Assembly: GCA_036505615.1 (NCBI GenBank)
Contig: DASXTB010000111.1
Span: 1 to 60,342 of the forward strand
DNA: 60,342 nt
Source of the DNA: Acidobacteriota bacterium
Lineage (GTDB): Bacteria; Acidobacteriota; UBA6911; JACQSX01
Direction: 5' to 3'
Notes under the pieces: model-generated
Databases searched by the model: none
What the model was told of the DNA's origin: nothing
The model's input: only the letters and a program-made list of their open reading frames with translations
Shown here: positions 26,391 to 37,035 of the stretch, piece by piece
Position numbering within the stretch: the stretch's first letter is position 1
Layout of the letters: the number at the start of each line of letters is the position of its first letter
Position numbers and translations under genes: made by a program

Positions 26391-29189
26391 TCAAGTCCCT
26401 TCCCGAAGCAGCTGGCGCAAAACGTAGTGCAGAATGCCACCGTGACGGAAGTATGTGGCTTCCTCCGGGGTGTCAACGCGCGCAATGACCTCGAACGGCT
26501 TTTCGGATCCGTCTTCGGAGCGAGCTCTGACCGTTAACTTGCCCCCGGGGGCAATTCCTGATGCGATGCCCTCAACGGTGTACGTTTCCAGGCCCGTCAA
26601 TCCCAGAGACTCGCGATTCTCGCCCTGCTGAAACTGCACGGGAAGAACGCCCATACCGATTAGGTTGCTGCGGTGAATCCGTTCGAAGCTCTCTGCAATC
26701 ACCACTCGCACCCCAAGCAGTCTGGTTCCCTTGGCTGCCCAGTCGCGAGAAGAACCGCTCCCGTACTCCTTTCCTGCAATGACGACCAGCGGAATGCCCT
26801 CCTTCTGGTACTGCATGGCGGCGTCATAAATGGTGGTTACTTGCCCATCGGGCAGATGTTTGGTCAACCCCCCTTCTGTTCCAGGCGCGATCAAATTTCG
26901 CAGCCGGATGTTTGCAAATGTCCCGCGCAGCATCACCTCATGATTGCCGCGGCGGGCGCCGTAAGAATTGTAGTCTCTTGGCTCAACGCCGTGTTCGATC
27001 AGGTAACGGCCGGCAGGGCTGCTTGCCGGGATAGACCCGGCAGGGGAGATGTGGTCTGTGGTCACCGAGTCCCCCAGCATCGCGAGCACACAGGCGTCAC
27101 GGATGTCATTTAACGGCGGCGGCTCTAACGTCATCCCTTCGAAAAACGGCGGATTCTTTATATAGGTAGAATCTTCTCTCCATGCGAAGAGATCCCCTTC
27201 AGCAATTTGCATCGACTTCCAAAGCTCATCTCCCTCAAATACGTTGGAGTACTGCTTGGAAAACATGTCGCTTCGCAATGTTTTGAGGGTCGTATCTTGG
27301 ATCTCTCGCGGACTGGGCCAAATATCCTTCAGGAACACTGGTTTTCCTGAAGTCGATTCTCCCAGTGGCTCGTTGTAAAAATCGATGTCCATCCTGCCGG
27401 CCAGAGCGTAGGCGACCACCAGCGGAGGGGATGCAAGATAGTTAAAGCGCGAGTGCGGGTTGATGCGTCCTTCGAAGTTCCGGTTCCCGCTCAAAACAGA
27501 CACCACAACCAGTTTGCCTGCATCTACGGCGTTGGCGATCGGCTCCGGCAAAGGGCCGCTATTGCCAATGCACGTGGTGCAGCCATACCCTACCAGATAG
27601 AAACCAGTGGCTTCCAGATCGCGGGTCAAACCCGAGGCGTCCAGGTAATCGCTCACTACTTTAGAGCCGGGAGCGAGGCTGGTCTTGACCCATGGTTTTG
27701 CGGTTAAACCCAGAGCATGGGCTTTCCTGGCGAGTAGTCCGGCCCCGATCATCACCGAAGGATTGGATGTGTTGGTGCAGCTGGTAATGGCGGCGATTAC
27801 CACAGATCCATGGGTGAGAGAGAATTTATTCCCGTTGTATTCTACCGGAACAGAATCCCGTGCTTCCGGCTCCACGACAGCTACACTGCTTTCTGACGAA
27901 ACGGGCTGAGGGGTGCCCCCTTCGCCGGTCCATCGCATTACTGTCTGCTGGTTGGGTTTCACGTTAGTTCCGTCGAGCGCCGAGTGCAGTGCCTCCAGGA
28001 AAAGATGCTTTGACTGCTTGAGCGGGACACGGTCCTGCGGGCGCTTGGGCCCTGCCAGGCTTGGTTCTACGCTGCCCAGTTCCAGCTCCAGCGTGTCGGA
28101 GAAGTGAGGTTCTGCTGTCTCAATGGTGTGAATGATTTTCTGTTCGGTGCAATAAGCTCGCACTAGATCTACCAGAGACTGATCCCTTCCCGTGAAAGCA
28201 AGATAATGGAGTGTTTCTTCGTCGACCGGGAAGAAACCGATAGTGGCTCCGTACTCCGGCGACATGTTGGCGATGGTCGCTCGATCGGCGACTTTCAGGC
28301 TCGAAATGCCCGGGCCATAGAACTCCACAAATTTACCCACCACTCCTTTCCCGCGAAGCATCTGGGTGACCGTTAGAACCAGGTCGGTAGCAGTAGTTCC
28401 TACTGGCAATGCTCCGTTTAACCGGAATCCGACCACTTCGGGGATGAGCATCGAGATCGGCTGGCCCAGCATGGCGGCTTCCGCCTCTATGCCACCCACG
28501 CCCCATCCGACCACGCCCAGGCCGTTGATCATGGTGGTATGCGAGTCGGTGCCCACCAGTGTGTCCGGATAAGCACAAGCGTCGCCGTTTTGCCTTGATT
28601 GGACAACTACAGACGCGAGATATTCCAGGTTCACCTGGTGCACGATCCCCGTGTCCGGCGGGACTACGCGAAAGTTCTGGAATGCCGTCTGGCCCCATCT
28701 GAGGAACTGATATCGCTCGCGGTTGCGGTTGGATTCCATTGCGGCGTTGAATCGGAATGCTTCTCTGGATCCGTACTGATCGACCTGAACGGAATGGTCG
28801 ATGACAAGGTCCACCGGCTGGAGCGGATTGATCTTTTTTGGGTCGCCTCCCAGCCGCGCGATCGCGTCGCGCATGGCTGCGAGATCCACCACTGCTGGAA
28901 CCCCAGTAAAGTCTTGCAGGAGAACACGCGCGGGTCGAAATGCGATCTCCTTTGTAGGCTTTCGGCTGGGATCCCAGCGTGCCATCGTTTCGATATCTTC
29001 TCTTTTGACGAACCGGCCGTCTTCATTGCGCAACAGGTTTTCCAGCAGGATCTTCATGCAGAAAGGCATCCGAGAGAAACTGATTCGGAGGGACTTTTCT
29101 AGCGCGTCCAGGCTGAAAATCTGATAGCGCTGCCCCCGGGCCTGCAGCGAGGTTCGTGCGCCAAAACTATTTGGATGCTTGAAGTTCAT
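26391..29189 (-). CDS. acnA: aconitate hydratase A
   Basis: 932 aa with the AcnA/IRP blocks VGTDSHTTMINGLGV, GYGCTTCIGNSGPL, SGNRNFEGRINP. Confidence 0.95.
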   Translation of the reverse strand: MNFKHPNSFGARTSLQARGQRYQIFSLDALEKSLRISFSRMPFCMKILLENLLRNEDGRFVKREDIETMARWDPSRKPTKEIAFRPARVLLQDFTGVPAVVDLAAMRDAIARLGGDPKKINPLQPVDLVIDHSVQVDQYGSREAFRFNAAMESNRNRERYQFLRWGQTAFQNFRVVPPDTGIVHQVNLEYLASVVVQSRQNGDACAYPDTLVGTDSHTTMINGLGVVGWGVGGIEAEAAMLGQPISMLIPEVVGFRLNGALPVGTTATDLVLTVTQMLRGKGVVGKFVEFYGPGISSLKVADRATIANMSPEYGATIGFFPVDEETLHYLAFTGRDQSLVDLVRAYCTEQKIIHTIETAEPHFSDTLELELGSVEPSLAGPKRPQDRVPLKQSKHLFLEALHSALDGTNVKPNQQTVMRWTGEGGTPQPVSSESSVAVVEPEARDSVPVEYNGNKFSLTHGSVVIAAITSCTNTSNPSVMIGAGLLARKAHALGLTAKPWVKTSLAPGSKVVSDYLDASGLTRDLEATGFYLVGYGCTTCIGNSGPLPEPIANAVDAGKLVVVSVLSGNRNFEGRINPHSRFNYLASPPLVVAYALAGRMDIDFYNEPLGESTSGKPVFLKDIWPSPREIQDTTLKTLRSDMFSKQYSNVFEGDELWKSMQIAEGDLFAWREDSTYIKNPPFFEGMTLEPPPLNDIRDACVLAMLGDSVTTDHISPAGSIPASSPAGRYLIEHGVEPRDYNSYGARRGNHEVMLRGTFANIRLRNLIAPGTEGGLTKHLPDGQVTTIYDAAMQYQKEGIPLVVIAGKEYGSGSSRDWAAKGTRLLGVRVVIAESFERIHRSNLIGMGVLPVQFQQGENRESLGLTGLETYTVEGIASGIAPGGKLTVRARSEDGSEKPFEVIARVDTPEEATYFRHGGILHYVLRQLLREGT

Positions 29190-29305
29190 GGGATTCCAGG
29201 GCGAAATTGGGGAAAGACTACTCGATCCCCAACTTCGCTACAGCCGCACGGCTTATTTCAGTGAAATCGAAAGTGGGAATTGAGTTTGTCTATCCCTAAT
29301 TTTGT

Positions 29306-29830
29306 TTACTGAGCCATGAATGAGGCAGAGAGCTTGGTGGTCCCCCAACTCATCTCCAGGGTCCCTTTGTTTCCGGTCGCCGACAGCGAGATGGTAAACC
29401 TCTCTACCGGCGGAGTAAGTTTAGTGGAGGTTAGGGGTGTGGATCCAAGATCGCTCTTAGAGTCATACTCGGTACCCCAGATACCGGTTTTGCTGTTCAC
29501 GATCAGCTTCCAATTATCAGCGCCCGTTCTCTTGGCCCACAGCGTGTACTGGCCTGGTTTCACAGTGAGGTCCTTGAACTTCAGAGCGACCTCCGTCTTC
29601 AGTTCAGTGGCTTCGTTCATGCCCATGCGCCAGACAGTGCCCACGGGAGCCATTCCCAAAAGATCCCGGCCTTTCATCTCAGGCTGTCCATAGTCAATAG
29701 AGATTTTCTTTCCATTGATAGTGACAGATGCCAAACCTCGGTTGGCTTTCGGGCCGGCGGCTGTGTGCGATGGAGCAATCAGGACGAGCATGAAAATTGA
29801 CAACAGGACGACAAAAGACAATCTCCTCAT
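29306..29830 (-). CDS. DUF2911-domain secreted protein
   Basis: Signal peptide; pattern IDYGQPEMKGRDLLGMAPVGTVWRMGMNEAT. GGAGG RBS. Confidence 0.7.
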   Translation of the reverse strand: MRRLSFVVLLSIFMLVLIAPSHTAAGPKANRGLASVTINGKKISIDYGQPEMKGRDLLGMAPVGTVWRMGMNEATELKTEVALKFKDLTVKPGQYTLWAKRTGADNWKLIVNSKTGIWGTEYDSKSDLGSTPLTSTKLTPPVERFTISLSATGNKGTLEMSWGTTKLSASFMAQ

Positions 29831-30377
29831 TTATTTCCTCCTTAAGGAAAGGATGTTGAGTGAAGAACTAGTCTATCAAATCTTCGCGAGGTTTTGGGAC
29901 GTACTCTCCAGGCTCTAACTGCGCACGAAATGGGAACTGAGGGACCGGCTCGCAGGCAACAATTCCGTGGTCGCTTTAGGCAAGATGAAATGTCAACTTT
30001 TTGCTCCCTGTGAAGTCAAATGATGCCGCTTTGACGCTTTGGACGAGAAATCCGCCGAGACTGGAGTCCCTACTTGGAGGTTAGAATTTGGAAATTATCG
30101 AAAGCTCTCCGAAGTTTAAAGCATCGGTGTGATTGAAAGCACCGATTTGGCACAAACTTTGCTTGAAATCACTACACCTTCGGCTCTAACGGACGCATAA
30201 AAGCCGGAGTAGGAAATATTTTATGTCAGTTTATTGGACATCCAGATGGGGCAGATTGAAGTACCCGTCCCCCCTTGCCCCGAATTCACACAGTGAACAC
30301 CAATACCGAGTGCCGGCGCAAATAGACGATCCGTGCTCGGTTATCCGCGTCAATCCGCGTTAATCCGCGGCTAGCCC

Positions 30378-31328
30378 TCAGGACTTGGGAGCAGTGGCCG
30401 CTAGAGAACGGTTTTTGGGAACGCTCAAATATCCTCGGACTTGGTCCTTTACCACCTGGTTGATGACTACTTCGTAGTCCAATCCTTCACGACCCTGTTT
30501 GACGTGAACCGGCTCATTAACGTATACCTTGCTCTTGTCCACTTTTGCGTCGTTTATATAGATCCGAATGTCGGCGCGATGCTTTTTCGAATCTGTGTCC
30601 CGAAGTTCCAGGCGTATGTCTCCCACCGGCTTCAGTCTCTCGCGCTTGCTCAGGGTGAATTGAAAATACTCCCTCTCACCTTTCATGCGCAGAGTCTCTA
30701 AGCCTTCCGCATTGGTGGCGATCAGCTTTCCGTGCTGATCCACGAGCAGATTCAGGCTAGCCAGGTCTTTTCTGGTGCGGTCCAGGTCTGCTTTCGCCGT
30801 CCCCAGATCCTGCTTAACGGCGCCTACTTCAGTTTTAACGGCGCCGACGTTTTGAGATACGTCGCCAATTTGAGCGTTAGTGGTTTCTTTCAGTGCGGCT
30901 ATATCCTGAGTATTGGCCTTCTGGGATATTTCCTCAGAAAGTTGGCGAACATTCTTTTCCTGCTCCGATTTCAATCGGGAGGCCAGGCCGCGCGCGCGAT
31001 CCAGGTCTCGCTGCGTCACTCCTACCCGTTCCTGTGTCACCGTCAACTGGGATTGAAGCTTGGCGAGCCGCGTATCCGAATCGTCCAGCCGTTTTACGAT
31101 CAGCTCGCTGTTGGCGGCTAGTTCCTTTCGTAACTCCTGGTCATGCTGGTTCCAGTGATAGAACATCGCCAGCAAGGCTATGGCAAAGACGATCGCGACA
31201 ACAATCAGCGGCGTGTGGCTGTTGCTTCGCTTGTCAATATACGTAGTCTTCGGCGGCGTGTAGGTGGGACGCTCCGGCTCCCCCTGTCGGGCGGGTTCCG
31301 GTGTAATCCTGTTCCAATCGGGGCTCAT
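30378..31328 (-). CDS. membrane-anchored coiled-coil hypothetical protein
   Basis: One TM helix (LIVVAIVFAIALLAMFY), a long heptad-rich middle region and a beta-rich C-terminus. No family recognised. Confidence 0.6.
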   Translation of the reverse strand: MSPDWNRITPEPARQGEPERPTYTPPKTTYIDKRSNSHTPLIVVAIVFAIALLAMFYHWNQHDQELRKELAANSELIVKRLDDSDTRLAKLQSQLTVTQERVGVTQRDLDRARGLASRLKSEQEKNVRQLSEEISQKANTQDIAALKETTNAQIGDVSQNVGAVKTEVGAVKQDLGTAKADLDRTRKDLASLNLLVDQHGKLIATNAEGLETLRMKGEREYFQFTLSKRERLKPVGDIRLELRDTDSKKHRADIRIYINDAKVDKSKVYVNEPVHVKQGREGLDYEVVINQVVKDQVRGYLSVPKNRSLAATAPKS

Positions 31329-31540
31329 TTAGATTCTCCTCAAGGGTTTAGCAAAGCATCCATCTAAGAGACAGTACATCTCTTCCTATTTGGATGTCTC
31401 GCAAAATCTAAAGTTCAAAGAAAACTTTCTTTCCGATCACGGGCAGGGTTTGATCTCGGAGAGTGCCTGGAAGTACGGATTTTACTCACTTTTATCGTTT
31501 GCAGGCAGCCGGTTAGACCAGCTGCCTGCCTTGGTCTTCC

Positions 31541-34500
31541 TCAGAACTGATAGCGCAGTCCTATCTGGGCCTGGAAGGGCGCGCCGGGATTGTTCACCAG
31601 CAGGAACTGATTGAATCGGGGGGAACTTGGATCGTGGTCGATGATCTGCAGGAAATTCACGTTGCTCGGCGAGCCGAAACCACAATCGCGCGGGACGGGA
31701 CTAGCGCAGAAGTTAGTTACCTGGCTGGCACCGGACAACACGATGTTGTCATAGTTGAAGAGATTGAAAAACTCGAGCGAGAAGATCAACTTGTGCTCCT
31801 CTGCGAACGTGAATCTCTTCTGCACTCGCAGGTCAATCTCTTTTGTTGCCAGGTTTCGGAATCCATTGCGCTTGAACGGCTTCCCAGGTGCGGTATAGGG
31901 TCGATCCGGCCCCCCTCTGTCCTCATTCGCATCAGCCCCGAAACCTGCATCCACCGGGATTCCTGAACGGAGCCTGAGGGTGCTGGCAACGTCAAAACCC
32001 CAGGGCAGAAAGATCACCGGATTTGCCAGGAACTGATGCCGCCGATCCAATCGCGCGTAGTTGTATTCGGGACGCAGGTTGTAATTATCTTCGTAACTGA
32101 CGCCTCCGGCATCGCGCTCGTTGTCGTCGTCGGAAAGCGACTTGGAAAGGGTGTAGAAGGCATTAAACTGCCCCCAGGAACGGTGGAAATTGGTGCGGAC
32201 CGTGAAGGCCTGGTAGCGCGAGCGCGCAGTTGATTCGCGCACCTGAACACTCCCCAGACTCGGAACCGGCCGCGCTGTCCCGCTGCGCAACCCGTAGAAG
32301 GGGCGCCGGGCCGGGTCGTCAGCGCGAATCCTGGGAACAGGCAGGTTGAGCTCGCGGTTGCGCTGCAGATAGTCGGTGTTTATCTGGTTGTATTCGGCGC
32401 CGACGGTCAAATCCCTGGTCAACTGATGTTCGAAACCGCCTCCCCACTGAAAAGATTCGGGATTTCGATAATCATTCGCCCACGTGATCGGCTGCGCCCC
32501 CGTAAAGGGGTCAAACGAAGTGAGCCCCAAGGCCTGCGCGATCGACTGGATCTGCTCGGGCGTGATGTTGGGGAGATTGCCAAGCGAGAATTGATTCAGA
32601 TCAATGCCGATCAGTTTCAACTGCTTGTACAGGGTGTTGTTGGGATTTGACGCTGGTACCGTGAATGGGAGCTGAACGGAGAGATCTCCCGGCGGTAGAC
32701 GGAAGTTATTGAGCGGTCCGGCGAACAGCAACATCGGGCTGCGGGCATAATAGACTCCGGCGAAGGCCCGTATGACCGTCTTGGCGTCGTTACGCGGGTC
32801 CCAGGCGAAACCTATACGGGGAGCCCATTGGTTCCGGTTGTCCGGAATAAATGAAGGATCCACAGTGTGACCCGACGGGAAACGAACATTCTGAACGCGC
32901 GCAAGCAGCGAAGCGTTGTTAGTAACCGGATTGGGATTGAACTCGCCTTCCCATCGCAGCCCATAATTGAGAGTGAGGTTGGGCCGGATGCGCCATGCAT
33001 CCTGCACGAATATGGCCGCGTCGGTCAGGCGCAGATCCAACTGGCCGTTTCCGATCGCGTGCAGGTAGGAAACAGTGGTGCTGTCAAAGCGGTTGGGGAT
33101 GGATCCCCCTACCCCCAGGGTGTCGAGAATCGTTTCCGTGTTAGTCCCGGAGATGCTGAACACGCCAAACTGGTTGAACGCGAAGAACTGGTTTGCGAAG
33201 GTGTGGTTGATTTCGGCTCCTATCTTAACGCTGTGATTGCCGGCGATCACGCTTGTGTTGTTGGCTCCCTGCGCGCGCCAGTCCAGCTCAGTAGTCGGCA
33301 GGAAGTTCACCGTGCCGAAGCGCCCGATATTGTCGGTGACGTTGGGCTGAAGAGCATTGGCCAACCGGGGCCTCTTCTCGCGCGAATACTGGCCGCGGGC
33401 TTCGTTGATCACTTGGCTGCTGAAAATACTGGTCAGCTGGCCGACCACAGTATTTGTTCCGTCCCTCTCGGTCCCGTTGTTGGAAAGAGCGCTGACGGTT
33501 GTGGGGAATAGCTGGTTACCAGTGGCGTTGGCGTTTAGTGCGTTATTGACGCTCCAGCCATAGCGGACGTTGAATCGATGCTCCTCGTTAAATTGATAGT
33601 CAAACCGGCCGGTCACTGCCTTGGCGTCATTGGTCTGGGTGAAGGGAGTCTCCAGCGATTTGTAAAAATCAAACGCTTCCTTGGAGTTGGCCGTCGGCAC
33701 GAAGTTGGTAAGGTTGTCAAAGAGGACCGCCCTCGGGTTCCGCACTCGCTGCTGTTCGTACGCCGCAAAGAAGAACGCCTTGTCTTTCACGATCGGGCCG
33801 CCGAACGATCCGCCGAACTGATGCTGAGTGGGCGCCGCGACCTGGTCGAAGGCGTTCTTCTTGGCCCATTTCTTGGGGCGAAGGAGATAAAAGGCTGATC
33901 CATGAAGGTTATTGGTCCCCGATTTGGTGACTGCGTTGACTACGCCGCCGGTGGAACGACCAAATTCTGCTGAGTATCCGGCCGCAACGACCTGAAATTC
34001 CTTGATCGATTCTTGTGGGATGGTATATGCGGTGTTGGATCGCTCACCGCCGCGAATTCCGCCAAAGAACGGTTGATTGTAATCCGCGCCGTCGACGTTG
34101 ATATTGGAGTTGATTCCGCGCTGCCCCGACATCGAAATCTGTCCGCGCTGGGTGTCGACTTGGGCCGTGGGAGTGAGCGTGATAAAGTCCTGGAAACGCC
34201 GCCCGTTGATGGGAAGATTATCTATAGCGGTGTTGTTTATCGTAGCGCTGGCATTGGGAGCTGTGGTCTCCACTATCGCCTCGGCGCTGACAATTACACT
34301 CTCGGTAGCGCCGGCGACCTGAAGCGTCACCGCGATAGTCCGGCTGGAGCCGACCGTGACCACGATGTCATTAACCAGGGCCTTTTGAAAGCCCGACAGT
34401 TCGGCAGCCAGTTGGTATTTTCCCGGTGGAATTAAGGGAATGGTGTAGATACCTTCGTCATTGGTTACTACTTCACGCGCGTAGCCTGTGTCGGCGCTGG

Positions 34501-34651
34501 AGATCTTTACCGATACTCCCGGCAGAACCGCGCCCGAAGAATCTCTGACCTGTCCAGTCACCTGTCCGGTCGTTGCCTGAGATTGAGGGAACAAGGCAAC
34601 GAATGCAAAACAGAAAACACAGAGCAGCGAAACAATTCGCAGCAGTTTCAA
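31541..34651 (-). CDS. TonB-dependent receptor with N-terminal carboxypeptidase-regulatory-like domain
   Basis: [24 protein letters not shown]...[13 protein letters not shown]; ends ...GLRYQF. TTG 34651 (6 nt after GGAGG) is preferred to the upstream TTG 34675 of the ORF track. Confidence 0.85.
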   Translation of the reverse strand: MKLLRIVSLLCVFCFAFVALFPQSQATTGQVTGQVRDSSGAVLPGVSVKISSADTGYAREVVTNDEGIYTIPLIPPGKYQLAAELSGFQKALVNDIVVTVGSSRTIAVTLQVAGATESVIVSAEAIVETTAPNASATINNTAIDNLPINGRRFQDFITLTPTAQVDTQRGQISMSGQRGINSNINVDGADYNQPFFGGIRGGERSNTAYTIPQESIKEFQVVAAGYSAEFGRSTGGVVNAVTKSGTNNLHGSAFYLLRPKKWAKKNAFDQVAAPTQHQFGGSFGGPIVKDKAFFFAAYEQQRVRNPRAVLFDNLTNFVPTANSKEAFDFYKSLETPFTQTNDAKAVTGRFDYQFNEEHRFNVRYGWSVNNALNANATGNQLFPTTVSALSNNGTERDGTNTVVGQLTSIFSSQVINEARGQYSREKRPRLANALQPNVTDNIGRFGTVNFLPTTELDWRAQGANNTSVIAGNHSVKIGAEINHTFANQFFAFNQFGVFSISGTNTETILDTLGVGGSIPNRFDSTTVSYLHAIGNGQLDLRLTDAAIFVQDAWRIRPNLTLNYGLRWEGEFNPNPVTNNASLLARVQNVRFPSGHTVDPSFIPDNRNQWAPRIGFAWDPRNDAKTVIRAFAGVYYARSPMLLFAGPLNNFRLPPGDLSVQLPFTVPASNPNNTLYKQLKLIGIDLNQFSLGNLPNITPEQIQSIAQALGLTSFDPFTGAQPITWANDYRNPESFQWGGGFEHQLTRDLTVGAEYNQINTDYLQRNRELNLPVPRIRADDPARRPFYGLRSGTARPVPSLGSVQVRESTARSRYQAFTVRTNFHRSWGQFNAFYTLSKSLSDDDNERDAGGVSYEDNYNLRPEYNYARLDRRHQFLANPVIFLPWGFDVASTLRLRSGIPVDAGFGADANEDRGGPDRPYTAPGKPFKRNGFRNLATKEIDLRVQKRFTFAEEHKLIFSLEFFNLFNYDNIVLSGASQVTNFCASPVPRDCGFGSPSNVNFLQIIDHDPSSPRFNQFLLVNNPGAPFQAQIGLRYQF

Positions 34652-34847
34652 AGTGCACCTCCACAGAAGTTTCAAAGCGCAGATTATATCGATTTCGACT
34701 CAGGAATGAACTTAAAAGAACGTCACAAGGCCGAGATTGGCGATTCAAATTCTCGTGTGGTGATTCAAATTGTTGAATTTCCCTTTTTGCTGAAGATTGA
34801 TCTCATTGTAGCGCCGGCCTCCAGGCCGGCCCTTTGAAGAATCTCGC

Positions 34848-34876
34848 AGAAGGAAATGCCGGCCGGAGGCCGGCGC
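34848..34876 (-). terminator. putative intrinsic terminator after the TMEM14-like gene
   Basis: In minus sense, GCGCCGGCCUCCGGCCGGC is followed by AUUUCCUUCU, immediately after the stop at 34877. A second related GC hairpin lies at 34811-34830. Confidence 0.35.
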
Positions 34877-35182
34877 TTACTTGGAAAATCTGAAAAGAAC
34901 AATCAATTCCATCAGTGAGAGTATCAGCAGCAATCCAGAGGGCAAGAATTTCTTTGTTTTCATCCAGCGCAGCGAAAAAATCGCCGCCAGTAACACCGAT
35001 ACAGTCAAGGCAACTAACACTCCAGAGTATCGGTTTTCACGAATCAAGAAGGCCGCGTAAATCAGCAAGCCGCCGCAGGCAATTCCCGAGAGCAGGGATA
35101 TCCGGCTGCGTGCCTTGGTGTAGCCAAAAATTCCTCCGCCCAGGACCATCGCTCCAAAAATTGCCGTTACGAGCCAATGCAT
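34877..35182 (-). CDS. TMEM14/UPF0136-like small membrane protein
   Basis: 101 aa with about four hydrophobic helices (GGGIFGYTKARS..SLLSG). GGAGGAGAA RBS before ATG 35182. Confidence 0.65.
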   Translation of the reverse strand: MHWLVTAIFGAMVLGGGIFGYTKARSRISLLSGIACGGLLIYAAFLIRENRYSGVLVALTVSVLLAAIFSLRWMKTKKFLPSGLLLILSLMELIVLFRFSK

Positions 35183-35345
35183 TTCTCCTCCATGATCCGG
35201 AAATTCTAGCAGATTGGCCGCCAATTCCTCCCGACAGCTTTCAATCAAATCTAATTCCCTGCGGACTTTCGATGTCGCGCCTTCGGCGCTTTATATTTTT
35301 AGGTTAACCCTCACTTCCGCCCTGACGGGCGGGCCTACCCAATGA

Positions 35346-35470
35346 CGCCGCTCCGCGGCTCTCGGGTTTGGACATTTTGGAGAGACGGCCTGAGGGCCGT
35401 CTCCCGCGCAATCTTTCATCGTGCAGGAGACGCCCCACGGGGCGTCTCTCCAGTAGCGCCCGGTCCGCGG
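35346..35470 (-). repeat. family A copy 4 (inverted orientation)
   Basis: The reverse complement matches copies 1-3 along about 105 nt. Confidence 0.9.
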
Positions 35471-35517
35471 CTGCGATGCATGGCAACGTATACGCGCGAC
35501 GCAAGATGTAAATACTC

Positions 35518-35555
35518 CTTGTATATTTATGCATTTTCGTGCATAAATATGCATC
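35518..35555 (+). promoter_or_regulatory. candidate tandem ARG boxes (ArgR/AhrC-type operator) overlapping the argC start region
   Basis: TGTATATTTATGCA (35520-35533) and TGCATAAATATGCA (35540-35553) are 14-bp imperfect palindromes of the TGNAT-W4-ATNCA type. They are 13/14 identical as inverted copies, lie 20 bp centre to centre, and end 5 nt before the argC ATG. Confidence 0.5.
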
Positions 35556-35557
35556 TT

Positions 35558-36667
35558 ATGGTTCACGAACTGCGGGCGGCCGTGATAGGCGCGACCGGCT
35601 ATTCCGGAAGGGAACTAGTGCGATGGCTGCAACAACATCCTGTGGCGAAGCCCGTCTTGCTCACCGGTTCCAGGAAAGCTTTGCCGGAGTTGCGCCGCTT
35701 TGTCTGCTCTCTTCCGGCCGATGTGTTTGTCCCGTTTCGGTACGGCGAGAATTTCCTTGAGGAGTTGCTGGATGTCGTCGCCCTCAGGAAGGTGGGCGTG
35801 GTGTTTCTGGCCACTGAGATTGAAAGTGCCGTGGGATTGGCACCCGAGCTCCTGCAGCAGGATGTGGTGGTGATCGATCTCAGTGCCGGCTTTCGTATAA
35901 AAAACGAGAAGCTCTACCGCGAATGGTATTCGCTGGTGCATCCGTGTCCCGAACTCCTGGAGCGAGCCGTCTATGGCCTGTCGGAATACCATCGGGAAGC
36001 AATCACCGCCGCCTCGCTGATTGCAAATCCGGGGTGTTACCCTACATCGGTTCTGCTGGCGTTGTTGCCGGCGCTCGAATTCATCGACTGGGAAGCGCCA
36101 GTGATTTGCGACAGCAAGTCCGGCCTGACCGGCGCGGGCCGGAACGCCGATTATATATTCGCCGAAATCAACGAAAACTGTCTGGCGTACAAACTGGGAA
36201 ATCATCGCCATATCCCGGAAATGCTTCAGGGCCTGGGCAAACCCGTGGGAGATGGAATTCCGTTCGTGTTCGCGCCGCATCTGGTTCCGATGAATCGGGG
36301 AATCCTCAGCACTTGTTATTTCCGCGCAAAAGTCGGCGTAAGCGAAGCCGGTTTGCGCCGGCAATATGAAGAGAAATACAAAGGGTCTCCCTTCGTCACG
36401 TTGCTGGCGCCGGGTGTGTTGCCCCAGGTTCAAATGGTGGCACATACCAATCGTTGTGAAATGGCGTTGTTTGTCCATGGCGATTCGCGCATGATGACGG
36501 TGGTTTCGGCTATCGACAACTTGGTAAAGGGAGCCGCCGGTCAGGCGATACAGAATATGAATATAAGGTTTGGGCTGGACGAGGCGGCCGGACTCACGGG
36601 AACGGCACTCGGTGGCCGGCAAGAGGGAGAAGGCAGAAAGCAGAAGGCAGAAAGCAGACGGCAGTAG
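35558..36667 (+). CDS. argC: N-acetyl-gamma-glutamyl-phosphate reductase
   Basis: [14 protein letters not shown], active-site [24 protein letters not shown] 35558; ORF-track codons upstream are REP-derived. The last ~15 codons and the stop lie inside a tandem-repeat array. Confidence 0.9.
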   Translation: MVHELRAAVIGATGYSGRELVRWLQQHPVAKPVLLTGSRKALPELRRFVCSLPADVFVPFRYGENFLEELLDVVALRKVGVVFLATEIESAVGLAPELLQQDVVVIDLSAGFRIKNEKLYREWYSLVHPCPELLERAVYGLSEYHREAITAASLIANPGCYPTSVLLALLPALEFIDWEAPVICDSKSGLTGAGRNADYIFAEINENCLAYKLGNHRHIPEMLQGLGKPVGDGIPFVFAPHLVPMNRGILSTCYFRAKVGVSEAGLRRQYEEKYKGSPFVTLLAPGVLPQVQMVAHTNRCEMALFVHGDSRMMTVVSAIDNLVKGAAGQAIQNMNIRFGLDEAAGLTGTALGGRQEGEGRKQKAESRRQ

Positions 36668-37025
36668 GAAGAAGGCAGGAGCCAGGAGGCAGGAGGCAGG
36701 AAGCAGGAGGCAGGAGGCAGAAGGCAGGAAGCAGGAGGCAGGAAGCAGGGTGCAGAAGGCAGAAGGCAGAAGGCCAGAGGGAGAAGGGAGAAGGCAGGCG
36801 CTAGAGATACTAAGTAGGATGCAATGGCCGGAACGCATAGTGGAAAGTGGCAGACAGGAACCGGAAAGCAAACTGCAAGATGTAACGCCCACAAACAGCT
36901 TCCTGCCTCCTGCTTCGTGCCTCCCGCCTTCTGCCTCCCGCCTCCTGTTTCCTGCCTCCTGCTTTCTGCCTCCTGCTTCCTGCCTCCTGCCTTCTGCCTC
37001 CTGCCTTCCGCTTTCTGCCTTCTCT
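36621..37025. repeat. tandem-heptamer hairpin (GGCAGGA/GGCAGAA/AGCAGGA)n / (TCCTGCC/TTCTGCC)n
   Basis: Left arm 36621-36800 (about 25 heptads), 96-nt spacer, right arm 36897-37025 (about 18 heptads). The argC stop (36665-36667) lies inside the left arm. The argB ATG is 11 nt after the right arm. Confidence 0.95.
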
Positions 37026-37035
37026 TACAAAAAAG

